This document shows positions 20,414 through 30,714 of a stretch of 64,000 nucleotides of DNA, piece by piece; the first letter of the stretch is position 1; the number at the start of each line of letters is the position of its first letter. The stretch comes from an uncultured bacterium (lineage in GTDB: Bacteria; Patescibacteriota; Minisyncoccia; Phycocordibacterales; UBA9973), in assembly GCA_903869825.1 (NCBI GenBank), contig CAIQAL010000016.1, forward strand, positions 34,269-98,268, in the 5' to 3' direction. The translations under genes were made by a program, and so were the position numbers. Below the pieces are notes generated by a model. It searched no databases, was not told the DNA's origin, and saw only the letters and a list, made by a program, of their open reading frames with translations.

Positions 20414-23400
20414 TTATCTTTCAAACCATTTTATAACTTTTTTGTAGATGCAAGGAGCTGGTTCCCCGTTGTTCGTCGCTTTCGGGTCAATACAGTTTCC
20501 TCCGCCATCAACATTGCACTGTGGCGGATTAACGGCACCATTTATACATTGATCACAAGTTGGGTAAGGAGTTAGGCCGGCTGGGCAGTGCCCTCCCAAA
20601 CCAGGTTGGGTACCAGGTTGGGTACATGATGCATTTGACCCGGTAGGTGAACCAAGACATTCCCAAGTCCAGCCATTTGTTGAATCTCCTGTTCCCTTCG
20701 CGCTATTTCCTTTTACGCAACCATAGTGACCTTGAGCACATTCGGCATTAACCTTTTTATCAGTACAAATCCTTTCATCCCAGAAAGTTTTATTCTCACA
20801 ACTTGAAGTTATAGTCTTTAAATCAAGTGTCACATTATTGTTGAGAAGTCTAAACGTCGAAGTATCATGCGGAATAGTTAATTTCCCTTGTCCTGGATTT
20901 CCCGTTCCGACTACCCCTACCATTTCTTGGACAACTTCCGTGGTAGCTCCTTGTGGATTAATTACACTCCAGACAAAATGCATCAAGCAATCGCTTCCAT
21001 TGAGGGGGATAATGCAAGACAGTGCATCAGGAGTCAAAATTCCGGTCATTCCTCCGATTACATTAAACGATGCCCAGTTACTACAGTTATTTGTTTCATT
21101 TGACTCAGGAACCATCGCCGGTGGAATAGTATTTCGATTAGTTTTGTCAGCACAGACCCGACCATAGTACGTTCCTGGCACGCTAAAGGTATAAGTTGTT
21201 GACATGGTATCACTTCCGCCGGCAGCAAGAGCCAGCATCGAGACTGCTGGAAGGTCCACTAGTCTCCCTGTTCCGTTTACTCCAGTTGAAAATTGAGCAA
21301 AGTTTTTAAAGATTGTTCCAGCTGCTCCAGTTCCCACCGGCCCGAGGTTGGTGATGGTTGAGACAAAAGAAGTAGGGCTATTGATAGCAATAGGAAGTTT
21401 TTTTGCTGATGGAACGCTTGCAATAAGATCGGGTAGTTTCGTTGGAGCGGTTACCGTTATCGGGGTCCAAGGACTAGCACAATTGTTTCCTTCGTTTGAT
21501 TCTGTTACTTCTGCTGGAAGGACAGTACTCGGGCTAGTTTTGTCAGCACAAGCCCGTGCATAGTAAGTTCCTGGAGAAGTGAAGGTACATAGGTAACTTA
21601 GAGTACCACTCGCGCCTGCCGCAAGAGTAATCATTGATGTCCCCGGAAAAGTCGCGTAACAAGATGGAAGGCTTCCTCCTCCTGTTCCACCAGAAGCAAT
21701 CGCTTCTCCCGGGAAGAAAATGGTAGCCAGCATTTTTTTATACTTTTCCAAGAAACCTGTATTTCCATTCCCATTTCCAGGATTGTAATTTAGAACTTGA
21801 ATAAAATTATGAAATGAATTACCAGTCGTATTATTCCCGATATTTGTGATTTGAGCGGCAAGAGTAACCGAATCGTTGGCCGCAACTGTAGTTGGAGTTA
21901 CTTGGCCTGCTACTAAGTCTGGTTTCGGCCCAGAAGGAGTGACAGTAACGGTTGTCCAGTCGCCACAGTTATTTCCCTCGTTTGTTAATTCATTTACTTC
22001 GTCTGGTGGAGTGGAAACGTGACTGGTATTACGATTGTATTTATCGGCACAAGCTCGTACCCACCACATTCCAGCTGTCGTAAATGTATATTTTGGATAA
22101 GTTATGCTGATAGTTTCTCCAGCCGCAAGTGCTGACGTAACGGGAATAGCAGGAGAAAGATCCTGGATTCCTGTTAAGGCATACGCCTTATTAAATATTT
22201 TATCAAAAATATTTTTTGGAGAATTGTAACCAAGTAGTGGAGGAGTTGGGTCAGTGTCGGTAACTTGGAAAAAGTTATGGAACCCGTTTCCAGTTGGCAG
22301 AGTTCCAACATTTCTGATCGTTGCAATCAGATCAGTCTTGACACCAAATATTACTGAACTCGGAGTGGACGGATCAGCCGTCAAGTCCGGGGCGTTCGGA
22401 ACGGTCACAGCAACAGTCGCATGATCAGTACCACTCCCTACGGGATTTGAATCAGTAGCGGTAAAAGTAAAGTTTCCAGCGCTTTGGAAAGGGCCAGCGA
22501 CAAATATAAAAGGATTTTGTGATTGACAATTTAGGGTGGAAAACCCTGGAAAACTAGAAACCACTTGGCAAGTATCACTATCGGGGTGCTCTACAGAAAA
22601 TTGAAGTGTCATGCCAGTCTTAATGTTATTATTTTGGGGTGTGATAATAACTGTCGGCGGATAGATATCATTAAAATTAATGTTAATTGTCCCATACGAC
22701 CACAATTCAGTAACCTGACTGGCTTGTGCTCCATTAGTCAAAGAAGAAATAAATTGCCCCAACCTACCAAAAAGACCATCCGACTTTGCAAGGTTATTTT
22801 TTTTGGGCAAAGCACTGAGATACTTAACACATGCTGCATTGTATGTGTGTATTCCTGCCTGTGAGGAGTTCTCATATTGAATTGCGACAGAACCCGAAGC
22901 TGTCCCATCTGACAAAATTGTATTTCCTTCTTTAATAGTACAGTTATCTGCTGTCAGATTTGTATCCCAGCTTATATTTGTCGTCTGGTTCAGAGAAACA
23001 GGATTTAAGTCCGCTGACATACTCACTATTGGAGGATTTGCCCCATTTCCCCCGCCACCGCCACCGCCACCGCCACAACCTGCCCCTACTGTGTAAGGAA
23101 TAGTAAGTGAACCATCATAACCTCCGTAGTCTGGTGACCACTTAAAATAGACGGTCATATTATAGCAGCCATCAATCGATGGAGCCAAAAAATTAGAATC
23201 TGTTGTTGTTGTCCAGGCTACATCACAACCACCAGAATTACACGCTGTATTATATTCTCCTTCTAGTCCGTTAAATGTGACTTTCACAGGAGGACCAATT
23301 ATTCCAAGGTAACCACTCGCGGTTTGTCGCAATCTTACATCCATTTGCTCTCCTGCAGTATAATTACTCTTATTCATTAAGACATAACCGGAACAATGAG

Positions 23401-23620
23401 CTACAGTGTACCCTTGGGATGCAAAATAGCCACATTCAGCGTCAGTGTAATTAGTTTGAGATGCTTTGGCTAAATTGATTGGAACACCAAACCCAAATAA
23501 AGCGAGAAAGAAAACGACGGAGAAAATTTTTATTAAAAAAAGAGCACCATTTGAATTTGAATTTTTTGTTTCAGATTCTTTTTTTAAAACAGTACCAAAA
23601 AAGATTGATAGTTTCTTCAT
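20414..23620 (-). CDS. Giant secreted surface protein with three CARDB-like domains, a poly-Gly linker and a Cys-rich C-terminal module
   Basis: 1068 aa with an N-terminal signal/transmembrane segment. Three repeats end ...ACADKTNRNT..P.EV.ESNEGNNC, matching the CARDB C-terminal EsnEtNN signature. Contains GGGGGGGGGNG. The C-terminal 100 aa are Cys-rich. Confidence 0.65.
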   Translation of the reverse strand: MKKLSIFFGTVLKKESETKNSNSNGALFLIKIFSVVFFLALFGFGVPINLAKASQTNYTDAECGYFASQGYTVAHCSGYVLMNKSNYTAGEQMDVRLRQTASGYLGIIGPPVKVTFNGLEGEYNTACNSGGCDVAWTTTTDSNFLAPSIDGCYNMTVYFKWSPDYGGYDGSLTIPYTVGAGCGGGGGGGGGNGANPPIVSMSADLNPVSLNQTTNISWDTNLTADNCTIKEGNTILSDGTASGSVAIQYENSSQAGIHTYNAACVKYLSALPKKNNLAKSDGLFGRLGQFISSLTNGAQASQVTELWSYGTININFNDIYPPTVIITPQNNNIKTGMTLQFSVEHPDSDTCQVVSSFPGFSTLNCQSQNPFIFVAGPFQSAGNFTFTATDSNPVGSGTDHATVAVTVPNAPDLTADPSTPSSVIFGVKTDLIATIRNVGTLPTGNGFHNFFQVTDTDPTPPLLGYNSPKNIFDKIFNKAYALTGIQDLSPAIPVTSALAAGETISITYPKYTFTTAGMWWVRACADKYNRNTSHVSTPPDEVNELTNEGNNCGDWTTVTVTPSGPKPDLVAGQVTPTTVAANDSVTLAAQITNIGNNTTGNSFHNFIQVLNYNPGNGNGNTGFLEKYKKMLATIFFPGEAIASGGTGGGSLPSCYATFPGTSMITLAAGASGTLSYLCTFTSPGTYYARACADKTSPSTVLPAEVTESNEGNNCASPWTPITVTAPTKLPDLIASVPSAKKLPIAINSPTSFVSTITNLGPVGTGAAGTIFKNFAQFSTGVNGTGRLVDLPAVSMLALAAGGSDTMSTTYTFSVPGTYYGRVCADKTNRNTIPPAMVPESNETNNCSNWASFNVIGGMTGILTPDALSCIIPLNGSDCLMHFVWSVINPQGATTEVVQEMVGVVGTGNPGQGKLTIPHDTSTFRLLNNNVTLDLKTITSSCENKTFWDERICTDKKVNAECAQGHYGCVKGNSAKGTGDSTNGWTWECLGSPTGSNASCTQPGTQPGLGGHCPAGLTPYPTCDQCINGAVNPPQCNVDGGGNCIDPKATNNGEPAPCIYKKVIKWFER

Positions 23621-23770
23621 AAGAGATAAATTAATAAATATTAATAATAATGTTTTTAAAACACACTCCTTTAAATAATAACATATTCTATCGAAGTTGA
23701 TAAAGAAGTGTTAATAACTAAATAAAAAAATAGGCCTCTTCTGTAAAAGAAGGGCCTAGATATTTTAGAA

Positions 23771-24790
23771 TCACTTTTTAAGATTAAGAACGGCTGGTCC
23801 GAAGGTCATTTTAATGTAACCTAGGTTACCAGGACATCCAAATGAAGGGCAGAGTAACTTCAACATCATAGATGCGGAGTTCATTACCATAATTCGGTAC
23901 ACTCCTCCTCCCCAATCAATGGTATCACCATTGATAGTGTAATTGCCCCAATTTGTGTGAACACCGTATCGGTAAGAGTCAAATGTTCCATTAGAATTGA
24001 ATACCGTTTTGGTATCCAGGTCTTTTTGCTGAACAGTCGTAGGTGTCCAATAACCACCTTCGTCTCCAGAACAACTGGAAACAGCACTGGTTTCGCTCCA
24101 TGGATGGCTGTGAATGGTGTCGTTATAGTTAGATGGCGGCGGTGGAACAACAGTCACCTTCGTGCTATCTTCATCAGTACCAACACTGTTTCCTGCAAAA
24201 ACATGGAAGGTGGTGGTCTGATTGACAGATCTTTGGTATTGTCCGGGCTTGTTTACGTCGGAAATTTCAGGTGATGAGACAAAAGTATAGTCTCCTTCAA
24301 CAAGGATTATCACTGTAACGGTGTTACCAGAATCAGTGCGATCCGGAGTTACCGTTATTGTAACTTTTGGTTTAACCATATCAATAATGTCGGCATGCTT
24401 TGCAATAATGCTGGCTGTCTTTTTAAGATTTTCATTACCTTTTTTAATAAAGGTAAGAGAAATATCAGTGTTGGCAGCAATCGGCATGGAAACGAAATTA
24501 CCGCTCCCTGTCTTCTTGAAGGTTTCTGACCCAATAATCAGAAGAAGGGTGTCCGCATTTGAATTCCATTTCAAATGGAAAGATGTTCCAACTTTCATTG
24601 TGTCAATCATGTTTTCAGTGAAAGTCTTTCCATTGAGAGTTACCGAACTAACGGTAAGTGGGTCGACCACGGATGGTCCAATCGGGTCTTCTTTCTTGCA
24701 TCCGAAAAAAATCATCAGGACGCAAAGGGCAAGATACTTACTCAGGTCACGCCTGAGCGTTTCTTTCCTGTGCAACTTCTTGCTATTCAT
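23771..24790 (-). CDS. Putative lipoprotein
   Basis: 339 aa. Signal peptide with lipobox ...LMIFFGC|KKED. Predicted beta-rich. Sits directly upstream of and co-directional with the CARDB protein gene. Confidence 0.5.
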   Translation of the reverse strand: MNSKKLHRKETLRRDLSKYLALCVLMIFFGCKKEDPIGPSVVDPLTVSSVTLNGKTFTENMIDTMKVGTSFHLKWNSNADTLLLIIGSETFKKTGSGNFVSMPIAANTDISLTFIKKGNENLKKTASIIAKHADIIDMVKPKVTITVTPDRTDSGNTVTVIILVEGDYTFVSSPEISDVNKPGQYQRSVNQTTTFHVFAGNSVGTDEDSTKVTVVPPPPSNYNDTIHSHPWSETSAVSSCSGDEGGYWTPTTVQQKDLDTKTVFNSNGTFDSYRYGVHTNWGNYTINGDTIDWGGGVYRIMVMNSASMMLKLLCPSFGCPGNLGYIKMTFGPAVLNLKK

Positions 24791-24949
24791 ATTTTTTCAG
24801 TTTATTTGGTTTTTCAAAAAGGTTAATTGCTTTATTTAACAGCCTTTAATAGCTAAGGTAACCAAATAAAGCAATTCACCTTGACAAGACACACTATTCG
24901 TATTGAATTATAGGACTTTATACAATTATTGTCAATAAAGTTATCCCCT

Positions 24950-24958
24950 TTATCCACA
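24950..24958 (+). promoter_or_regulatory. DnaA box TTATCCACA, preceded by near-box TTATCCCC
   Basis: Exact 9-mer about 45 nt upstream of the putative nusA -35 element. Confidence 0.4.
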
Positions 24959-24996
24959 GAACAAAGGATATTGTTAAATAAGGCCATTTTTTGCTC

Positions 24997-25025
24997 TTGC
25001 CTTCCAAATAATCTAGTGCTATACT
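24997..25025 (+). promoter_or_regulatory. Sigma70-type promoter for nusA
   Basis: TTGCCT, a 17-nt spacer, then TATACT. Confidence 0.45.
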
Positions 25026-25080
25026 TTATTCATATTAGTCCTGTCGCAACAGGGCTTTAATTTTTGCCAAATGACCGGAA

Positions 25081-26379
25081 ATGGAGTTGGTAAGAAAAAA
25101 TTTAATAGTTTTAACAATTAAATATATGTTGGACATAAAAACATTCAAATCAGCATTGGAGCAGTTGGAAGAAGAAAGAAAAATTCCAAAAGAAAAAATC
25201 TTGGACGCAATCGAACAAGCGATGGCGGCCGCTTATAAAAAAGATTATGGGAAAAAAGGACAAATCATCCGAGCGAAGTTTGATTTGGAAACAGGCAAGA
25301 CGGATTTTTTCCAAATTAAAATCGTAGTTGATGAATCAATCGTAAAACTAGAAGAAAACAATGAAGGAGAAAAAGAATATTCGGTAAAAACCGATGGAGA
25401 TGAACGAACTCACTTCAATCCGGAGCATCACATAATGATTGAAGATGCAAAAATAATAAAAAAAGACGTGGCCTTAAACGACGAGGTGGTTTTTCCGCTT
25501 GAAGCAAAAGATGATTACGGACGCATCGCCGCCCAAACCGCCAAGCAAGTAATCGTGCAACGTATCCGAGAAGCGGAACGAACATCGATTATTGACGAGT
25601 ACGGAACCAAGGAAGGAGAAATAATCGGGGGCATCGTGCAAAAAATCGAGCGTGGAAATGTTTACATCGATTTTAACCGAGCAACCGGAGTCCTCCCGGC
25701 CGAAGAACAAATCCCGGGAGAATATTTGCAACGGGGTCAACGAATCCGAGCTTACTTGTATTCGGTAGAAGATTCACCACGCGGTATCAACCTGCGTCTT
25801 TCTCGTACTCATCCTAAATTTATTGAAAAACTTTTTTCAATTGAGGCACCGGAAATTCAAAGCGGCGTAGTTGAAATAAAATCAATCGCCCGAGAAGCTG
25901 GCGCTCGCTCAAAAATAGCTGTCGCTTCAAACGACGAACACATTGACCCAGTTGGTTCTTGTGTCGGACAAAAAGGAACGAGAGTAAACACAATCACGAG
26001 TGAACTCGGCGGAGAAAAGATCGATATTATCCCTTGGTCCGAAGATCCGAAAATCTTTGTGGCAAACTCTCTTTCCCCGGCCAAAGTTCTTTCAATCGTT
26101 GTTGATGAAAAAGAACACAAATCCGTCGTAGAAGTTTCCGATGACCAATTATCTCTTGCTATCGGCAAGGGTGGACAAAATGTCCGTTTGGCCGCAAAGC
26201 TTACCGGTTGGAGAATCGATATTAAAGGAAACGGCGGAAATGAAGTTACCTCCACTGACGGAGATAAAATAGAAATAAAAGAAGAAGTTGAAGAGAAAAA
26301 ATCCGAAGGCCCTGAGCTTGTCGAAGGGAAAGAGACTGAAGAAAAAAAAGTAACTAAAAAAACAAAAAAAACAAAATAA
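25081..26379 (+). CDS. nusA: Transcription termination/antitermination factor NusA
   Basis: NusA N-terminal domain, S1 domain, and two KH domains (GSCVGQKGTRVNTI and AIGKGGQNVRLAAKLTGWRIDI). The true start may be the Met at 25126 (MLDIKTF...). Confidence 0.85.
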   Translation: MELVRKNLIVLTIKYMLDIKTFKSALEQLEEERKIPKEKILDAIEQAMAAAYKKDYGKKGQIIRAKFDLETGKTDFFQIKIVVDESIVKLEENNEGEKEYSVKTDGDERTHFNPEHHIMIEDAKIIKKDVALNDEVVFPLEAKDDYGRIAAQTAKQVIVQRIREAERTSIIDEYGTKEGEIIGGIVQKIERGNVYIDFNRATGVLPAEEQIPGEYLQRGQRIRAYLYSVEDSPRGINLRLSRTHPKFIEKLFSIEAPEIQSGVVEIKSIAREAGARSKIAVASNDEHIDPVGSCVGQKGTRVNTITSELGGEKIDIIPWSEDPKIFVANSLSPAKVLSIVVDEKEHKSVVEVSDDQLSLAIGKGGQNVRLAAKLTGWRIDIKGNGGNEVTSTDGDKIEIKEEVEEKKSEGPELVEGKETEEKKVTKKTKKTK

Positions 26380-26404
26380 ATATTATTAATTAACAAAATT
26401 TAAC

Positions 26405-28405
26405 ATGAGTATATATTTATTGTTTGCTATTATTAGTGCATTAGTCGCAATCGTCTATGGTTTGTTTTTGGCAAAAAATATTTTAAATAAAAGTGCCGGA
26501 AACGAAAAAATGCAAAATATTGCTTCCGCTATTGCCGAGGGGGCAAAAGCATACTTAAACAGACAATACAAAACGATAGGAATCATCGCAGTAGTATTAT
26601 TTTTTATTTTGTGGTACGGGCTTGGAATAAAGTCCGCCATTGGTTTTATTGTCGGCGCTTTACTTTCAGCCTTGGCTGGATACATCGGGATGAATGTTTC
26701 GGTTCGAGCAAATGTTCGAACTACCGAAGCCGCTCGAGGAGGACTTTCTCAAGCACTCTCGGTTGCTTTTAAGGGAGGTACTGTCACCGGGTTACTAGTT
26801 GTCGGTCTCGCCCTTCTTGGAGTCTCGGGACTTTACGCGATTACTGGAGATGTGAAAGCTCTCATCGGTCTTGGTTTTGGCGCCTCACTCATTTCTGTTT
26901 TTGCCAGACTCGGCGGTGGAATTTTTACCAAAGCAGCAGATGTCGGTGCAGACCTAGTTGGAAAAATCGAAGCGGGAATTCCGGAAGACGATCCAAGGAA
27001 CCCGGCGGTTATTGCGGATAACGTCGGAGATAATGTCGGCGACTGCGCTGGAATGGCGGCAGATCTTTTTGAGACCTATGCCGTTACCTCAGTTGCTACG
27101 ATGCTTCTCGGTTCTCTTCTTTTTTTGAATTTTAAAGGAGCAATTTTATACCCTCTCGCAATCGGCGGAGTTGCAATTATTTGTTCCATCATCGGAACTT
27201 GGTTTGTAAAACTAGGAAAAGGGAATAATATCATGGGCGCTCTTTACAAAGGATTGATTGCCGCAGGTATTTTGGCTGCTATCGCCTTTTATCCAATCAC
27301 AAAACTTTTAATGAGCAATAACCCAGGAGGATATTCCGTGATGGATTTGTTTATCTGCGCAATCACTGGACTCCTTGTCACAGGAGCACTGGTTGTTATT
27401 ACCGAATATTTTACTTCAACCAAATATGCCCCAGTCCAATCAATCGCAAAGGCTTCAGTTTCAGGACACGGAACAAATGTCATTCAAGGATTAGCAATCT
27501 CAATGAAATCAACCGCTCTACCCCTTCTCGCAATCGTGCTTGGAATTTTAGTTACTTATAATTTTGGCGGACTTTATGGAATCGCAGTTGCTGCTATGGC
27601 CATGCTTTCAATGACAGGAATTATTGTGGCTATCGACGCCTATGGACCAATCACTGATAACGCCGGAGGAATTGCCGAAATGGCAGAACTTCCGGAGAGT
27701 GTTCGAGCAGTTACTGACCCTCTGGATGCCGTTGGAAACACTACCAAAGCAGTTACCAAGGGTTACGCCATCGGCTCAGCTGGACTCGCCGCTCTCGTTT
27801 TGTTCTCTGCTTACACCGAAGAAATTCACGCTATCACGGGGAAAATTATGGCTTTTGATCTAAGTAATCCAAAAGTTATTGTCGGATTATTTATTGGAGG
27901 ACTTTTGCCATATTACTTCGGAGCTCTGTGTATGGAAGCCGTCGGAAAAACTGCCGGAAAAGTTGTTGAAGAAGTTCGCCGACAATTTCGAGATATCAAA
28001 GGAATTATGGATGGCTCCGGAAAACCGGAGTACGGTAAGTGTGTAGACATCGTAACCACAAGCGCCATTAAACAAATGATTGTGCCTGCTCTTATTCCCG
28101 TATTTACTCCAATCATCGTAGGATTTATTCTCGGACCCGAAGCCCTCGGAGGACTTCTGGTTGGGGCAATCGTTACCGGACTCTTCGTCGCAATCTCAAT
28201 GACGAGCGGTGGAGGTGCTTGGGACAATGCCAAGAAATATATTGAAAGTGGAAACTTCGGTGGAAAAGGTGGCGAAGCTCACAAAGCTGCCGTCACTGGT
28301 GACACTGTTGGAGACCCATACAAAGATACTGCCGGGCCAGCGATTAACCCAATGATTAAGATTTTAAACATTGTGGCTCTTCTAATTATCGCTTTTATTT
28401 TGTAA
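26405..28405 (+). CDS. hppA: Membrane-bound proton/sodium-translocating pyrophosphatase
   Basis: 666 aa with 15-16 transmembrane segments and the signature [18 protein letters not shown]. Confidence 0.9.
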   Translation: MSIYLLFAIISALVAIVYGLFLAKNILNKSAGNEKMQNIASAIAEGAKAYLNRQYKTIGIIAVVLFFILWYGLGIKSAIGFIVGALLSALAGYIGMNVSVRANVRTTEAARGGLSQALSVAFKGGTVTGLLVVGLALLGVSGLYAITGDVKALIGLGFGASLISVFARLGGGIFTKAADVGADLVGKIEAGIPEDDPRNPAVIADNVGDNVGDCAGMAADLFETYAVTSVATMLLGSLLFLNFKGAILYPLAIGGVAIICSIIGTWFVKLGKGNNIMGALYKGLIAAGILAAIAFYPITKLLMSNNPGGYSVMDLFICAITGLLVTGALVVITEYFTSTKYAPVQSIAKASVSGHGTNVIQGLAISMKSTALPLLAIVLGILVTYNFGGLYGIAVAAMAMLSMTGIIVAIDAYGPITDNAGGIAEMAELPESVRAVTDPLDAVGNTTKAVTKGYAIGSAGLAALVLFSAYTEEIHAITGKIMAFDLSNPKVIVGLFIGGLLPYYFGALCMEAVGKTAGKVVEEVRRQFRDIKGIMDGSGKPEYGKCVDIVTTSAIKQMIVPALIPVFTPIIVGFILGPEALGGLLVGAIVTGLFVAISMTSGGGAWDNAKKYIESGNFGGKGGEAHKAAVTGDTVGDPYKDTAGPAINPMIKILNIVALLIIAFIL

Positions 28406-28424
28406 AAGTATTTACCAAAAAAAA

Positions 28425-28452
28425 CACCAAGCAGTGCTTGGTGTTTTTTTTA
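28425..28452 (+). terminator. Rho-independent terminator
   Basis: Stem CACCAAGC / GCTTGGTG with loop AGT, then T8. An A-run upstream makes it bidirectionally plausible. Confidence 0.75.
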
Positions 28453-28534
28453 TTCTTGTTCCATAGAATATTTTGTGATACGATTAAAAGATAGTTTTCG
28501 AGTATTATTAAATATAATTTATTGATCCATTAAT

Positions 28535-29200
28535 ATGAAAAAATATTTAACATCGTTATCCATTAGTATCTTGGCTCTTCTCTCTTTTGCTTATATTGTC
28601 CAAGCACAAAATCCCCTTCCGCCGGGAGATGAAAATTCGTCTCAGGCAACAACAAATTTTAATTCTCAAAAACAAGATCTAGAAAATACCAAGGAAACAA
28701 CAGAGAATCAAAAAATTCAGCTGATTGCAGAAATAGACAAAACAAGAAGCGAAGCAAAACAGAAAATAGAAAGTCTAAAGGCGAACGTCGGAAAAATTAA
28801 AAATAAAGCGAAAGCGGTAACTGCTCAAGCTAGAATTTTAGGCAGAGAAGATGCGTTACAAAGATTTGACTTGGCTATCGCCAAAGTAACAGATTTGTCT
28901 GAAAAAATATCTGCTCAAACCTCCAAAATGGAAGCCAAAGGACAAAACGTGGTAACTGCTAAAGATCAAATTGCTTCCGCTCAAGAAAAAATTCTAACAG
29001 CCCAAGAAAAAATAGCCGCTGCCAGCAGTCTCCTTGCTCAATCAACCGACGAACTTACAAAAGACACTAAAGAACAGCTAAAACAATTGACCGAAGATGC
29101 TCAGAGTTCAATAAAGGACGCCCACCAAACGCTCTCTCTTACTGTTCAATATTTAAAGACATTGAATATCGCTCAGGTTGACCCAGAAGTGAAGGATTAA
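28535..29200 (+). CDS. Secreted coiled-coil protein
   Basis: 221 aa with signal peptide MKKYLTSLSISILALLSFAYIVQA. The rest is Q/K/E-rich heptad-like sequence. Confidence 0.5.
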   Translation: MKKYLTSLSISILALLSFAYIVQAQNPLPPGDENSSQATTNFNSQKQDLENTKETTENQKIQLIAEIDKTRSEAKQKIESLKANVGKIKNKAKAVTAQARILGREDALQRFDLAIAKVTDLSEKISAQTSKMEAKGQNVVTAKDQIASAQEKILTAQEKIAAASSLLAQSTDELTKDTKEQLKQLTEDAQSSIKDAHQTLSLTVQYLKTLNIAQVDPEVKD

Positions 29201-29230
29201 ATTATTATTAACTTCGATAAAAATCAAAAA

Positions 29231-29473
29231 ATGGAACCAGAAAAAAAATCACATGGTGCGCTTATCGGGTCAATAATAATAATCATTATTTTGATTATTG
29301 GTGGCATCTACGTCTGGCAAAGCAAAATTAAAGAGATCCAACTCGAGAGAAAAAATGTGGAAATGCAAGCGACTGCAATGCAAGCGGCTAGCGATCTAGA
29401 ATTAAAAGCATTGGAAGCGGAGTTAAACTCGACCGACACTACAGTAAATGTAAATGTTGATAATCTAAAATAA
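29231..29473 (+). CDS. Small single-pass membrane protein
   Basis: 80 aa. One transmembrane segment (IGSIIIIIILIIGGIYVW). Followed by a terminator. Confidence 0.4.
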   Translation: MEPEKKSHGALIGSIIIIIILIIGGIYVWQSKIKEIQLERKNVEMQATAMQAASDLELKALEAELNSTDTTVNVNVDNLK

Positions 29474-29485
29474 TAAAACCTAGCC

Positions 29486-29515
29486 AAAAATCCCCGACCT
29501 TGGGGATTTTTGGTA
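29486..29515 (+). terminator. Rho-independent terminator
   Basis: Stem AAAAATCCCC / GGGGATTTTT with loop GACCTT. Confidence 0.7.
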
Positions 29516-29557
29516 ATATTTGAAAATAAATCTTATTTAGTATAAGATACCAATACT

Positions 29558-30637
29558 ATGAAAATAACCACAAAAAAATTACCAAAAAGTGAAATGGAAA
29601 TCGAAGGAGAACTTGAAGCGGAAGTTTTTGAAACATATTACGGAAAGGCCCTTAAGAAAATCGGAGAAAATGTTGAAATCGATGGTTTCCGAAAAGGCAA
29701 AATACCAGAAAATATTTTGACCACCAAAGTCCCGGAAATCCATGTTTTAGAGGAGATGGCAGAAATGGCCTTGTCCGAACTTTATCCAAAAATTATCGAA
29801 GATGAAAAAATAGAAGCAATTTCCCGACCTGACATTTCTATCACAAAACTTGCCCGAAACAATCCCCTCGGATTTAAAATCAAAACAGCTATTCTGCCAG
29901 AAACAAAATTACCAGATTACAAAGAAATCTCAAAAAAAATAATTACAGGGTTAACCGAAGAGGAAAAAAGTACTGAAGTCACCGAAAAAGAAGTTGAAGA
30001 TACCATAATGGATATCAGGAAATCCCGAGCTCCAAAAGTTCATATGGCTGAACCAATTGAACCACACGTCCACAAAGAAGGAGAAGAACACTCTCACGAA
30101 GAAGAAATTCCGGCCGAATTACCGGAACTAAATGATGAATTCGTACAAGCCCTTGGCCCATTTAAAGATGTCGCTGACTTCAAAGAAAAATTGAAAGAAA
30201 ACATCAAACTCGAAAAAGGCAACCAAGCAAAAGAAAAGACCAGACTAAAAATCGTTGAAGGCATAATCGAAAAAACCGAAACTGAGATGCCAGAAATTTT
30301 AATCGAAGTTGAACTGGACAAAATACTTTACCGGATGGAGTCCGACATTACCGCGATGGGCCTCAAATTCGAAGATTATTTGAAACACTTAAACAAAACA
30401 GTGGTGGATATCAGAAAAGAGTTCCGAAACGATGCTAAAAAGAAAGCGAAACTTGGACTTGTAATAAATAAGATAGCTCAAACGGAAAAAATTACTGCTG
30501 ACCCAGAACAAGTTGCAAGCGAAGTTGCGATGATCTTGGAACAGTACAAAGAGGCTGACCCAGAGCGCGCCCAAATGCATGCCGAAAACGTCCTAACGAA
30601 CGAAAAAGTTTTTCAATTCCTGGAGAATCAGCAGTAG
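29558..30637 (+). CDS. tig: Trigger factor lacking the central PPIase domain
   Basis: N-terminal ribosome-binding domain with GFRKGKIP, and a C-terminal chaperone domain (DEFVQALG...). The approximately 100-aa FKBP segment is replaced by a short His/Glu-rich linker. Classic position upstream of clpP. Confidence 0.75.
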   Translation: MKITTKKLPKSEMEIEGELEAEVFETYYGKALKKIGENVEIDGFRKGKIPENILTTKVPEIHVLEEMAEMALSELYPKIIEDEKIEAISRPDISITKLARNNPLGFKIKTAILPETKLPDYKEISKKIITGLTEEEKSTEVTEKEVEDTIMDIRKSRAPKVHMAEPIEPHVHKEGEEHSHEEEIPAELPELNDEFVQALGPFKDVADFKEKLKENIKLEKGNQAKEKTRLKIVEGIIEKTETEMPEILIEVELDKILYRMESDITAMGLKFEDYLKHLNKTVVDIRKEFRNDAKKKAKLGLVINKIAQTEKITADPEQVASEVAMILEQYKEADPERAQMHAENVLTNEKVFQFLENQQ

Positions 30638-30714
30638 TGTTATAATTAATTATAGAATTTTTTTACCAAAAACTTCATCAAAGGTTAATATTATTAGTTT
30701 AATATATAAACATT

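Noticed and set aside
23040-23080. Short tandem repeats considered as a CRISPR-like or minisatellite array
   Set aside because: Only about 23 nt of hexanucleotide repeat, in-frame inside a CDS. No spacer-repeat periodicity exists anywhere in the window, and no cas genes.
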